Positions 11,393 to 20,633 are shown, counted from the first letter of the stretch. The stretch is DNA of 64,000 bases from an uncultured archaeon (GCA_964534625.1 CAZHRF010000005.1:41973-105972), one strand, 5' to 3'. Program-made: numbers and translations. Notes: generated from the sequence alone by a model not told the origin.

Positions 11393-12556
11393 TCAAAATC
11401 CCCAATCTCTCGAAAGCTTAAAACCTCTGAATAGATTAAACAAACCTAGTGGATCTTTTATAAGTTTAAACCGTCTAAACAATTTGAATAAAATGGATAT
11501 AGTTTGCAATCCACTTATACGATTAATATATAAACCATCCAGTAGAGAACCCAGTACATCTAAATATTCATTACTACGAGAATAAAAAAACTCATGGCAC
11601 TTTAAAATATTCTTATTAGAAAATGAATAGTTCAACAGATTGTTTTTGTATAAATTAGACAAATCTTTTTTATTGTTTTTATGAGATAGTAAAGATTGAA
11701 CAGCTGTTTTTCCACTTAACATGGCCATTCGAATGCCACCATAAAATAATGGGTTTACAAAACCCCCAGTATCTCCCAGTAATAAAACAGACTGATCGCC
11801 CAATTTCATGTTATAATAACCTTTCATAGGTATTCTTCCTCCAATGGTTTTCTTTATTGTTCCTTTGAGTGGTATATTTTTTGATTTAATAAAGGCCTCT
11901 AAACGACTTTTAACCCCATTTGCAGTAGTAACTATACCGATATTTGATTCATTATCTCTAGGAAAAATCCAAAAATAGCCATAAGGACATTTTTGTTTGT
12001 CAAAATAAAATTCTATTGTATCCGCATATTCACCTATCAGTTTGTATTCATATCCTTTAATATATGGATTAGGTGGTGAAAAACCTAATTTCGAGCTAAT
12101 TAAACCCCTAGATCCTTCCGCAATAAATAAATAATTACAAGTGTAATTTTCTGTTTTATTTTCATTTGTTTTCAAAACTATACCATTTTTTGTTCGTGCC
12201 GCATCAATGATTTTTTTATGGATTATTTTATCAGAAATACTTCCTCTTTCAGCTAAAAACTGATCAAATTTATCTCTGTGTACCATGTAGGCTGCAACAT
12301 CGCCATAAATAGTATAATGTAAAAAATGAATTTTTGTATAAGAATGCTTTTTAATTATAAACGGATAATCCTTTCCTTTTATAGGAATAGAAAAATCAGT
12401 GAAAATATGCTCACTTATTCCCTCTCCACACTGAATTGGTTCCCCAATTGTGTTATTTTTTTCAAATAAAACAAAATCTATGTTATTTTTTTCAAGTTCA
12501 TATGCAGCGGTTAAACCAGCTGGCCCTCCACCAATAATAATCACTTCATATTTCAT
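11393..12556 (-). CDS. Geranylgeranyl reductase family FAD oxidoreductase
   Basis: IIGGGPAG, CGEG, R.KFDQFL, GYFWIFP, GDTGGFVNP...GGI; start placed at MKYEV. Confidence 0.85.
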   Translation of the reverse strand: MKYEVIIIGGGPAGLTAAYELEKNNIDFVLFEKNNTIGEPIQCGEGISEHIFTDFSIPIKGKDYPFIIKKHSYTKIHFLHYTIYGDVAAYMVHRDKFDQFLAERGSISDKIIHKKIIDAARTKNGIVLKTNENKTENYTCNYLFIAEGSRGLISSKLGFSPPNPYIKGYEYKLIGEYADTIEFYFDKQKCPYGYFWIFPRDNESNIGIVTTANGVKSRLEAFIKSKNIPLKGTIKKTIGGRIPMKGYYNMKLGDQSVLLLGDTGGFVNPLFYGGIRMAMLSGKTAVQSLLSHKNNKKDLSNLYKNNLLNYSFSNKNILKCHEFFYSRSNEYLDVLGSLLDGLYINRISGLQTISILFKLFRRFKLIKDPLGLFNLFRGFKLSRDWGF

Positions 12557-12657
12557 GTTATAAATTAAAGCAAGGTTATTCAAAAACATTTCATGTTGAT
12601 CTCTAATTTTCAAATTAACGTTAAAATCAAAAAAAGAGGGTAAAAAAAAGTAGCAAA

Positions 12658-13962
12658 TTAGCTGTTAATATCATCTCTTATCAAATCACCCAATTGTTTA
12701 ATACCATCTTCTATTTGTTTAACATTGGGTGCCGAATAATTAATGCGCATAGTATTGACTTCAGGTTTTCCTGGTTCTAGGGAAGACGTACCCATGTTAT
12801 AACTCTCAGATCTATCAGGTAAAGGATAAAAGGCAGCTCCGGGCACATATAATATTGAATTTGGGATTGCAACTTCTTCTAAAAATGTGGTAGCATTGAA
12901 TTTTTTGTCTTTTAATTCAGCCCACACAAAAAAGCCGCCTCGAGGTTTCGTATAATTACATGTATCATCCATATGCTCTTGGATTGCCCCCAACATAGCT
13001 TCTGCTCTTTTTCTATATACGCTTCTTACTTTTTTAAGAGACTTGTCCATATAGCGCGTATAATAGATATCCAGTATTTTCTGATTTAATGATGGCGTAC
13101 ATAGGTCCAGATATCCTTTTGCTTTTGCCATCTCATTAAATATAGGCGGGGGTACAATGGTATAACCCATACGCAATACTGCTGCTTCTTTGCTTGAAGA
13201 CGAAAGGAAACAAACAAATTCATTTTCCTTATCTAAATGTTTTATGGGGGGAATCTTATCACCGCTAAAGTACATCTCTTTATATGCAGCATCTTCGACA
13301 ATCAACACACCTTCTGCCACACATATGTCAAATATGGTTTTTCTACGCGATTCTGGTAACATCGTTCCTTTAGGATTATCAGAATCTGGTACAATATACA
13401 ACAGTTTTGGTACTTTTCCGTATTTTGTTTTACATGCGCGTATCGCGCCTTCTAGAGACTCTGGTATGACCCCATCAAAATCAGTTTCAACTGTGATAAT
13501 CTTTGCACCCAATTTTTGCGCAGGACCTAAGAAACCCAAATAACAGGGAGCAGGAGAGAGAATTATATCTCCAGGATTTAATAGCGTGTCAAGTAAAAGA
13601 TAAATTGATTGCTGACTACCTGTTGTAATCATGACATTTTGCCACCCTGTTTCTAAGTCCAAATAATCAAGCTTATCTCGACGTATCATACGCTCGGTTA
13701 AGGTCTTACGTAACGATTCTAAACCGGTTGTGGGTCCATAATTCATATTCGGGTAAACGTTCTCATGACCCCGTCCAGCACTAATTTCTTCTTCGAAATT
13801 TTTACCTAATTCTTTAAGGATCTCAGCAAATGCATTAAGTGGTAAAGCCGCAGGCATTCCACCCCCAAAAGAATATTTAACTTTAACAGTTAATAAACGC
13901 CTTATTTCGCTTTCTTTGATGAACTTTGTCCATCCAGCGAACTCATATTCATAATTAGACAT
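12658..13962 (-). CDS. PLP-dependent aminotransferase class I/II (2-aminoadipate/aromatic aminotransferase-like)
   Basis: FGGGMP, YGPTTG, TTGSQQ, NPKG, EDAAY, SSSK...LRMGY; ATG at 13962 preceded by AGGTG. Confidence 0.88.
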   Translation of the reverse strand: MSNYEYEFAGWTKFIKESEIRRLLTVKVKYSFGGGMPAALPLNAFAEILKELGKNFEEEISAGRGHENVYPNMNYGPTTGLESLRKTLTERMIRRDKLDYLDLETGWQNVMITTGSQQSIYLLLDTLLNPGDIILSPAPCYLGFLGPAQKLGAKIITVETDFDGVIPESLEGAIRACKTKYGKVPKLLYIVPDSDNPKGTMLPESRRKTIFDICVAEGVLIVEDAAYKEMYFSGDKIPPIKHLDKENEFVCFLSSSSKEAAVLRMGYTIVPPPIFNEMAKAKGYLDLCTPSLNQKILDIYYTRYMDKSLKKVRSVYRKRAEAMLGAIQEHMDDTCNYTKPRGGFFVWAELKDKKFNATTFLEEVAIPNSILYVPGAAFYPLPDRSESYNMGTSSLEPGKPEVNTMRINYSAPNVKQIEDGIKQLGDLIRDDINS

Positions 13963-14194
13963 AATAATACACCTATTATTGGTTGTATAATGTTTTTTTT
14001 TTACTCTTTTTAGACATTTTCCTCTCATCATAAAATTCGATATCATTAAATAAGATATTTAAGTAAATATTTACCAAACTTTATTCTGTACTTGATTTTA
14101 TTAAGTGCTAGCAAAATCAATGTCGATAGTTTTTTCACAAAAGTTTTGTTCCCGCTTGAATCATTAGTTCTCTCAGTCATTTACAAAAAAGAAG

Positions 14195-14666
14195 ATATGG
14201 TGACCACGTGAAAATGCAGAAAAAGTTCATATGACTCCTCATCGAACTTTTCTTGTTCCATTAGAGACTTGCATAGTCAAACCTATTACGACCTTGCTCT
14301 TTTCCGTTCTTTCACTGTACTCGGCCAATGGTCGCAGTACCAGACAGTCAACTCGTCAACTCCTTAACGTGGAATGACAGTTGCTATCATCCCGGAGGTG
14401 GTGGGGTTCTTCAGGAGCCCCGATGAAACCCTTGAGGGCCACAAATGAGTCCCGGGAAGAATGTCGCGATGATCCCTCACACTGGCGCTAATCTTGTAGA
14501 TTGCTGGTGTAATCTTGACACTTATCGCTCCCAGGTGTAACAACACTGGATACCTTGGTATCCTTGTGTTGTTCTCCTTTTGTCATGTGTCCAGTTGGGT
14601 GAGGTGATATACTTGCGGGTAACCGTGGGTCACTTACCCAAAAGTACCCAAAAGAACTCATAGCAT
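14195..14666 (+). ncRNA. Candidate large structured non-coding RNA of unrecognised family
   Basis: GC-rich island with no credible ORF and at least 11 mutually nested helices; G.U wobbles favour the + strand; ends are approximate. Confidence 0.7.
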
Positions 14667-14770
14667 CTGTCTATTGAATATTTTGAATTATTGAAAACGA
14701 CAGAAAATATTTTTAAATCAACAATGTATAATAGATACTAGTTATCATAAACAAAAAGAGTGAATATAAA

Positions 14771-14941
14771 ATGATGATCGTACAATCTAAAGTCAGGGAA
14801 TATGTAAAGGAACAAGGGGATTTCAAAGTTGCTAGTGACTTTTTACAAGCGTTGGATCAACAGTTGTCGACAATTATAAAACAAGCATGTGAAAGAGCTA
14901 AATTGAACGGGAGAAAAACTGTTTCTGCCAGAGATGTGTAA
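14771..14941 (+). CDS. Short histone-fold protein, 56 aa (DUF1931/face-to-face, truncated-alpha3 type)
   Basis: MMIVQSKVREYVKEQGDFKVASDFLQALDQQLSTIIKQACERAKLNGRKTVSARDV; RAxxNGRKTVxxxD signature; SD GAGTGA and TTTTAAAT box upstream; below the ORF-track size cutoff. Confidence 0.88.
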   Translation: MMIVQSKVREYVKEQGDFKVASDFLQALDQQLSTIIKQACERAKLNGRKTVSARDV

Positions 14942-15031
14942 TTGATTTTTCCCCCCTAATAAAGCCAATCGATTTTTTTCTTTTTTATTTCTACTTGTAA
15001 TAGGTAGTAGAATACAGAAGCATAACATTTA

Positions 15032-15589
15032 TCAGAATGTAAAACCCTCATCGTCTTCCTCCTTTATATAATCACTTAAAGACAGTTCATAACGGTGGGT
15101 TATGTGCATATAAGTCCATTTACCTATTACTTCTATTATTATATAATAATCGGGATTTTCTAAGTCTACTGTACCACTTTTGATTTCATTCGCTGCAGCA
15201 GTAATGATTTCCTCTGATGATAATTCAACATGTCTTTTTCTTATAGCAATTCTCCATTTATCTTTTTCGGTGATTCTTTCACTATACTCTTTTGTAATTT
15301 CACTGATTGTATCTAAATCAGTTTTTACTCTATAACTAATTGGTATAATCTTTAATGTATATCTTAAAAGAGGAGGATCGGATTTGATTAATTCTTCCAA
15401 AGCAGTTAGAATTTTATCAGGATCTTCATTAAATTTTGCTATTGATAGACCAGATATGGTTTTAATTGGAGCAACTCTTACCTCAGTACAATCAAGGTAT
15501 TCAGTTAAAACATAGTACATTTCGCTCGAGGCGTTTCTTTCACATGTTCGAGCACTGGAAATTATAAAACCATTGTATTTTTGTTTCAT
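15032..15589 (-). CDS. Stand-alone THUMP-domain RNA-binding protein
   Basis: LRYTLKIIPI, WRIAIRKRH, VDLENPDYYIIIEVIG. Confidence 0.85.
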   Translation of the reverse strand: MKQKYNGFIISSARTCERNASSEMYYVLTEYLDCTEVRVAPIKTISGLSIAKFNEDPDKILTALEELIKSDPPLLRYTLKIIPISYRVKTDLDTISEITKEYSERITEKDKWRIAIRKRHVELSSEEIITAAANEIKSGTVDLENPDYYIIIEVIGKWTYMHITHRYELSLSDYIKEEDDEGFTF

Positions 15590-15638
15590 ATGTATCATTA
15601 TGTATTGAGGATAGTTTAATGTTTTGTTTTGATGATAG

Positions 15639-16505
15639 TTAACTTTTGTCCCCAGAAAAACTTGTAACAACTATTTTTGTTAGTCTTTTTACTATCACCG
15701 CTAGAAATGATACGCCAAAAAGCAAGTATAAACCTCCATCAAACAAAAGAAAAACAGTCAACCAATATATAGATGATACTATCCATTTTGTTGCAGATAA
15801 ATTACGCAATAAATAAGGTATTCGAATAAGTAAAGTTGCTCCTACAATATATAATAACGGAGAAAGAGCAATAGAGACTAATTTGGTTCTTAATGTTACT
15901 TTTGTATGCCATGTAGGTATCTCTGGATTAAATTTATCACTCTCTCGTTCATATTTCAATAGAAGAATTGGGAACCAAGAGTTTCGTTTTACTTCTTTAT
16001 CTTGTCTAACTGTTTTAAAATCGAATCCATGTTTTTCAAATCGTTCAATAAGGGTATAGGCCATATCAAAATCAACTTTAAGATCAAAATGTGTTAATTT
16101 CTGTGGACGAAACCTCACAATATACTCTTGATCTTGTACTAAAAGGTACAAGCCTAGAACATCCTTGAAACACCATTGAGTTAATCGATTTGCTTCTTTA
16201 AATATCAATTTTTCTGAGTCAAAATCGACTACAATCTCTCCTTTAACAAGGGTATAAATCAACAATAGCAAAATAGAATTTAAAACTCCAAAATAAAACC
16301 ATAAAGAAATTCCAAAAAGTGTTCCTATGTACACTTCATTTCTTGGAGGTATATAATAAATTAGAGCGACTAGTAAAACTAAAACAATTATAATGTCCCC
16401 TCTTGCCCTTTCTTTTTGCTTTAGTTTGCTAGTTGAGAGACCACTTGACATTGGTTGTTGAATATTACTTGATTTCGAAATTATAATACTTTCGAAACAA
16501 CCCAT
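15639..16505 (-). CDS. Hypothetical membrane protein (about 4 TM with a soluble middle domain)
   Basis: Long ORF with hydrophobic pairs at both ends. Confidence 0.6.
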   Translation of the reverse strand: MGCFESIIISKSSNIQQPMSSGLSTSKLKQKERARGDIIIVLVLLVALIYYIPPRNEVYIGTLFGISLWFYFGVLNSILLLLIYTLVKGEIVVDFDSEKLIFKEANRLTQWCFKDVLGLYLLVQDQEYIVRFRPQKLTHFDLKVDFDMAYTLIERFEKHGFDFKTVRQDKEVKRNSWFPILLLKYERESDKFNPEIPTWHTKVTLRTKLVSIALSPLLYIVGATLLIRIPYLLRNLSATKWIVSSIYWLTVFLLFDGGLYLLFGVSFLAVIVKRLTKIVVTSFSGDKS

Positions 16506-16584
16506 TTTTTTTATAAAGTGAGTAGATGATATCCGATTAGAAGAGAAATCCTTTTATTACAACGTTCACTTCGCGTAAACATGG

Positions 16585-17880
16585 GTGGATATTTTGGACA
16601 GATCCAATATAGAAGAATATCAATGGTATAGACTTGATAACGCTGCAACAGTTTTTTCATTTGTTATGTCCAAAAGGAGAACATCATTATTTCGTATATC
16701 CGTTACTCTTAACGAACGGATCAAGGTAAGCATCCTTCAAAAAGCATTAGATAGGATAATAGAACGATTCCCCTATTATCAGGTCTATTTAAGACCAGGA
16801 ATTTTCTGGTACTACTGGGAACAAGCAGAAAATAAACCTAAAATATCAAAAGAGGTTCGGAATCCCAATCAATGGTTACCTTTGAAACAAAAGGGAGTTT
16901 TTCCTTTCAGAGTAATAGCGTATAATACTCGAATTGCAGTAGAATTTTCACATATAATAACTGATGGAACAGGCGCTTTAACGTTTTTGAAAGCTCTAGT
17001 ATCAGATTATCTATTCTTACTAGGTATAGTTGCAGAAGATTATGGGGATATTCCTAGACCAGGACAGATACCAAATGAAGAAGAATATGAAGATGCTTTC
17101 AAGCGATATTATAAAAAAGCTCCATATCCTAAAATCCCCAAAAAAGCCTTTCATCCACCTTATGACATATTAGAGAAAGGAATATTTCACGTAATAACGG
17201 GTATTGTATCAGTAAAAGAGATACTAGAAGTTTCAAGAAACCACAATGTATCTCTAACAGAATATCTTACAGCAGTATATATTCATAGTTTATTAGGAAG
17301 TTATAATGACCTTCCAGAAAACGAACGGAAAAAAAAGAATAAACCAATTAATATTATGGTACCAATTAATTTACGAAATATGTATCCTTCCAAAACGATG
17401 CGAAATTTTTCTTTATTCGTAACACCAGGAATAGATCCAAGGTTGGGTGAATATACCTTTGATGAAATCCTAATGAATGTCCATCATTATTTGAGAGTTG
17501 AAATCAATGAAAAATTCATCAATCAACAGATAGCTCGCAATGTAAGAGGTGAATTAAACCCAATCTTACGGTCATTACCTTTGTTTATAAAAATACTTGG
17601 GGGATTAATACTTTACAATGGATTAGGGGAAAATCTTTATTCGGGAGTAGTTACAAATTTAGGAAGAATAACAATGCCTGAGCCATTAAATGACTATATT
17701 AAAAGATTTGAGTTTGTTCCAGCACCAAGTCCAGCAACAAAAACAGGTTGTGCCCTAGTGAGTTATAAAGACAGACTATATATTAACTTTGGAAGAATAG
17801 TCAAAGAAGCTGATATTGAGAGACGTTTTTTCCAAAAATTAGTAGAAGACGGAATAAAAGTAAAGATAGAAACAAACTAA
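16585..17880 (+). CDS. Alcohol acetyltransferase/condensation-domain family acyltransferase
   Basis: WYRLDNAA, HxxxDG catalytic motif (HIITDG), PINLR, SKTMRNFSL, VTNLG; bacterial-type family. Confidence 0.8.
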   Translation: MDILDRSNIEEYQWYRLDNAATVFSFVMSKRRTSLFRISVTLNERIKVSILQKALDRIIERFPYYQVYLRPGIFWYYWEQAENKPKISKEVRNPNQWLPLKQKGVFPFRVIAYNTRIAVEFSHIITDGTGALTFLKALVSDYLFLLGIVAEDYGDIPRPGQIPNEEEYEDAFKRYYKKAPYPKIPKKAFHPPYDILEKGIFHVITGIVSVKEILEVSRNHNVSLTEYLTAVYIHSLLGSYNDLPENERKKKNKPINIMVPINLRNMYPSKTMRNFSLFVTPGIDPRLGEYTFDEILMNVHHYLRVEINEKFINQQIARNVRGELNPILRSLPLFIKILGGLILYNGLGENLYSGVVTNLGRITMPEPLNDYIKRFEFVPAPSPATKTGCALVSYKDRLYINFGRIVKEADIERRFFQKLVEDGIKVKIETN

Positions 17881-17917
17881 TAAAGGAGTAAAATATCATA
17901 ACATAGAGGAAATAATA

Positions 17918-18646
17918 ATGCCATTTTGTAAGAAATGCGGAGTGGAAGTAGAAGAGAGACATGAAACATGTCCATTATGTGGGGAAAAAATTAATGGAAA
18001 GATAGGAGAGGAGGATCTAGAAAACAGAAAGTATCCTAGACAAGAACCTACAGAGGGTAAAAAGTTCAAAAAACTGAGTCCAGAGATACAAAGAAAAATC
18101 ATATGGGAAATAGTAAGTATAGCATTAACGGTTCCATTAATTTTAATATTAATTATTAACTTTATATTAAGTAGGACTGTAGACTGGGGATTATACCCAA
18201 TTACTACAATAGTTTATATTTGGTTAGCTATATCTTTTCCACTACGATTTTTAAAAAAACCTTTATTGATCGTGGGAGTAGAAATAATCTCACTTGTAGG
18301 CTTTTTAGCCATTATAGATTTGATAGATGGCACATTCAGTTGGTTTCAGTATTTAGCGCTACCTATAACATTCACTATCATCATAATCACAGGGATAGTA
18401 GTATTACTCTCATTCAAATCTAAAAGAAAGGGAGCCAATATTGCGGCATTTATACTGTTTGGAGTATCTCTTTTATGTATTGGATTAGATCTTATAATAA
18501 TAAATTATGTTAAAGAAGTAGTGATACTAATCCCCACATGGTCTATATTTGTATCTTTAGCCTTAATACCAATAGGGTTGTTTTTGCTTTATATTCATTA
18601 CAGATTATCAGAAGTTGTAGACATAAAAAGAAAAGTACAATTATGA
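17918..18646 (+). CDS. Zinc-ribbon membrane protein (DUF6320-like), partner of the acyltransferase
   Basis: CKKCGVEV...CPLC N-terminus followed by about 6 TM helices. Confidence 0.7.
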   Translation: MPFCKKCGVEVEERHETCPLCGEKINGKIGEEDLENRKYPRQEPTEGKKFKKLSPEIQRKIIWEIVSIALTVPLILILIINFILSRTVDWGLYPITTIVYIWLAISFPLRFLKKPLLIVGVEIISLVGFLAIIDLIDGTFSWFQYLALPITFTIIIITGIVVLLSFKSKRKGANIAAFILFGVSLLCIGLDLIIINYVKEVVILIPTWSIFVSLALIPIGLFLLYIHYRLSEVVDIKRKVQL

Positions 18647-19037
18647 ACTACCACTGCCTACAGGCAGATGGTTTCTTGCTTCAACGAAGTGGCCTCAAAA
18701 TGAGGGCTGAACTCTTCTCCACAAGCGTCGTCTATAGGTCCCGTTGTTCCGACGGTACATGGCTCTAGTACACACAACGTACCGACTCTACATCGGAAGT
18801 CCTCAATACCTTACTTAGGTAGATACGTATACCCATTATCGTTGTTTAATGTGTAGCTCTATCTTCTACTTCCATCTTTTTCTTTTTGTCTCGTACCACT
18901 CTTGGTTTTCGAGATGGCACCAAAGCAAGTACACAAAGACAGCATACTTACAAAATGTTTGTATGCTAAAACTGACTTTTGTTTTTTCTTCTTTTCATCC
19001 TCGCCCTCAAGGACGGGGTTTTCAAGAAGACGTTCAC
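18643..19037 (-). mobile_element. Non-autonomous IS200/IS605 derivative (no tnpA/tnpB) retaining the TnpB omega-RNA-like right end
   Basis: Left-end hairpin TCTTCTTGAAAACCCCGTCCTTGAGGGCGAGGATGAAAAGAAGA after TTTAT; right end ...GAAGCAAGAAACCATCTGCCTGTAGGCAGTGGTAGTTCAT; tnpB-tail motif TACCGTCGGAACAACGGGA...ACGCTTGTGGAGA; removal restores CAA TTA TAA at the host gene end. Confidence 0.8.
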
Positions 19038-19208
19038 ATAAAAATAAAAAAGAACACAAAAACAATCATCTAAAATAAACTACAAGAAGAAATACGTAAC
19101 GAAACAAAGATTTAAAAGAAGAAAGGTCAAGAGATAATTGCGCATAAAAACCTAAGGTAAAGGTTAAATGTCCCTATTCGTGTTTAATGCGCAGGTAGCA
19201 GAAATAAT

Positions 19209-19287
19209 AGCGAGGTAGGCTAGCATGGACAGGCCGCAGGGCTCATAACCCTGAGATCGGGTAGTTCAAATCTCCCCCTCGCTACCA
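19209..19287 (+). tRNA. Initiator tRNA-Met (CAT), CCA encoded
   Basis: Acceptor AGCGAGG/CCTCGCT (A1-U72), anticodon stem CAGGG/CCCTG with three G-C pairs, loop CTCATAA, TTCAAAT T-loop, T-tract downstream. Confidence 0.95.
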
Positions 19288-19667
19288 TTTTTTAAAATCT
19301 AATTATAAATACTTTAAATCAATTAATGTGCTCATATTGCGAATTAAGTAAAAAAGAGGAGAATAATTGTTTATTTTCCGAATAAATCTTGAATTATCTC
19401 TGAGGATAGTTCTATTGTTTCACCAAATTCCATTGATGCACTTCTTTTACAAGTATATTTTGCAAATTAAATTCTGGTATATTAAGATAGCAAGGTAAGA
19501 ATCAGATCTGTACATATGGTTCTTACTTCAACAATCATTATGTTTAGTGCGCAAATCTATCTGCAGTAATAGAAATATAGAATTCGTGGTGAAGTGTAAA
19601 TTTTACAATAATTCGGAAGACTAATGTTTAAAATAGATTTAAATATAGCTAAAACCCTTCTAATTTC

Positions 19668-20633
19668 ATGGGATCATCAATTGTCATTGAAACTACAAAC
19701 CTTTGTCGCAATTATGATACACGTATGGTTGTATACCGTTTATCCATACAAATTCCAACAGGTGTTGTATTTGGTTTACTAGGCCCAAATGGTGCGGGAA
19801 AGTCAACTACCATCAAAATGATAACTGGTCGTATTCGCCCAACATCTGGTCATGTTCGTGTCTTTGGTCTTAATCCTTGGAAGCAACGAGTTAAAATCAA
19901 TCAGCGCCTAGGTTATCTTCCTGAAAATCCTTACTATTACAATGAAATGGATGTTTTTTCTTACTGCACTTTTAATGCAAAATTATACGGTATGAAAGCA
20001 AATCAAGCCAAATTAAAGACTAGGACAGTTTTAGACCGTTTGGGATTGGGTCGTCTGGAAACACACAAAGTCGGTAAGCTTTCTCAAGGTCAGAAACAGC
20101 GACTTGGGTTTGCTTGTGCCATTCTTAATGATCCTGATCTTCTTATTTTAGATGAACCCACAGCTAATCTTGATCCTGAAGGGCGAGTTTATGTGTTAAA
20201 TCTCATCAAGACCCTACGTCAAGAAGATAAAACCATCCTCATTAGCAGTCACATACTGCCCGAAATCGAACGTATTTGCGATTATATTGGTATAATGTCG
20301 GATGGTCGGCTTTTGGCAAGTGAAAAAACGACTGATCTAACCAGAAACGTGTTTGATAACGAATTTAAGATTATCACATCAAATCCAGATCTTGTTGAAC
20401 AAAAACTACATGATTGGGCATTTATTAAACGAGTTATTCGGGATGACGATATACTCATTGTTGAAGTAGAATATGCGTCTTTACCTGATTTATGGTCATC
20501 TGTTCCAAGATTTTGCACTGAAAATAATATCAACTTGAAAACACTGGCTCCTGTTCGTGATCCCTTAGAGAAAGTATTTCTTTCTCTTGTTAATCCAAAA
20601 CAAAAAGAGAAAATAGGTGAAATTAATGGATAA
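19668..20633 (+). CDS. ABC-2 type exporter ATP-binding protein
   Basis: GPNGAGKST, LSQGQKQR, LILDEPT, SSH. Confidence 0.92.
   Translation: MGSSIVIETTNLCRNYDTRMVVYRLSIQIPTGVVFGLLGPNGAGKSTTIKMITGRIRPTSGHVRVFGLNPWKQRVKINQRLGYLPENPYYYNEMDVFSYCTFNAKLYGMKANQAKLKTRTVLDRLGLGRLETHKVGKLSQGQKQRLGFACAILNDPDLLILDEPTANLDPEGRVYVLNLIKTLRQEDKTILISSHILPEIERICDYIGIMSDGRLLASEKTTDLTRNVFDNEFKIITSNPDLVEQKLHDWAFIKRVIRDDDILIVEVEYASLPDLWSSVPRFCTENNINLKTLAPVRDPLEKVFLSLVNPKQKEKIGEING

Noticed and set aside
14364-14546. 60-aa minus-strand ORF inside the GC-rich island
   Set aside because: No SD, atypical composition, no recognisable motif; the helical pairing explains the GC content better
14195-14666. Assignment as RNase P RNA, SRP RNA, tmRNA or group I/II intron
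   Set aside because: Diagnostic conserved motifs not found on either strand; the AGAGACT..ATAGTC resemblance to group I P7 is too closely spaced
18538-19073. Short ORFs 18538-18768, 18849-19073 and 18859-19065
   Set aside because: They fall within the IS remnant and show no TnpA HUH or TnpB RuvC motifs
19290-19660. Possible decayed gene downstream of the tRNA
   Set aside because: Only short open stretches with no recognisable homology; no tRNA 3' duplication (att site) seen
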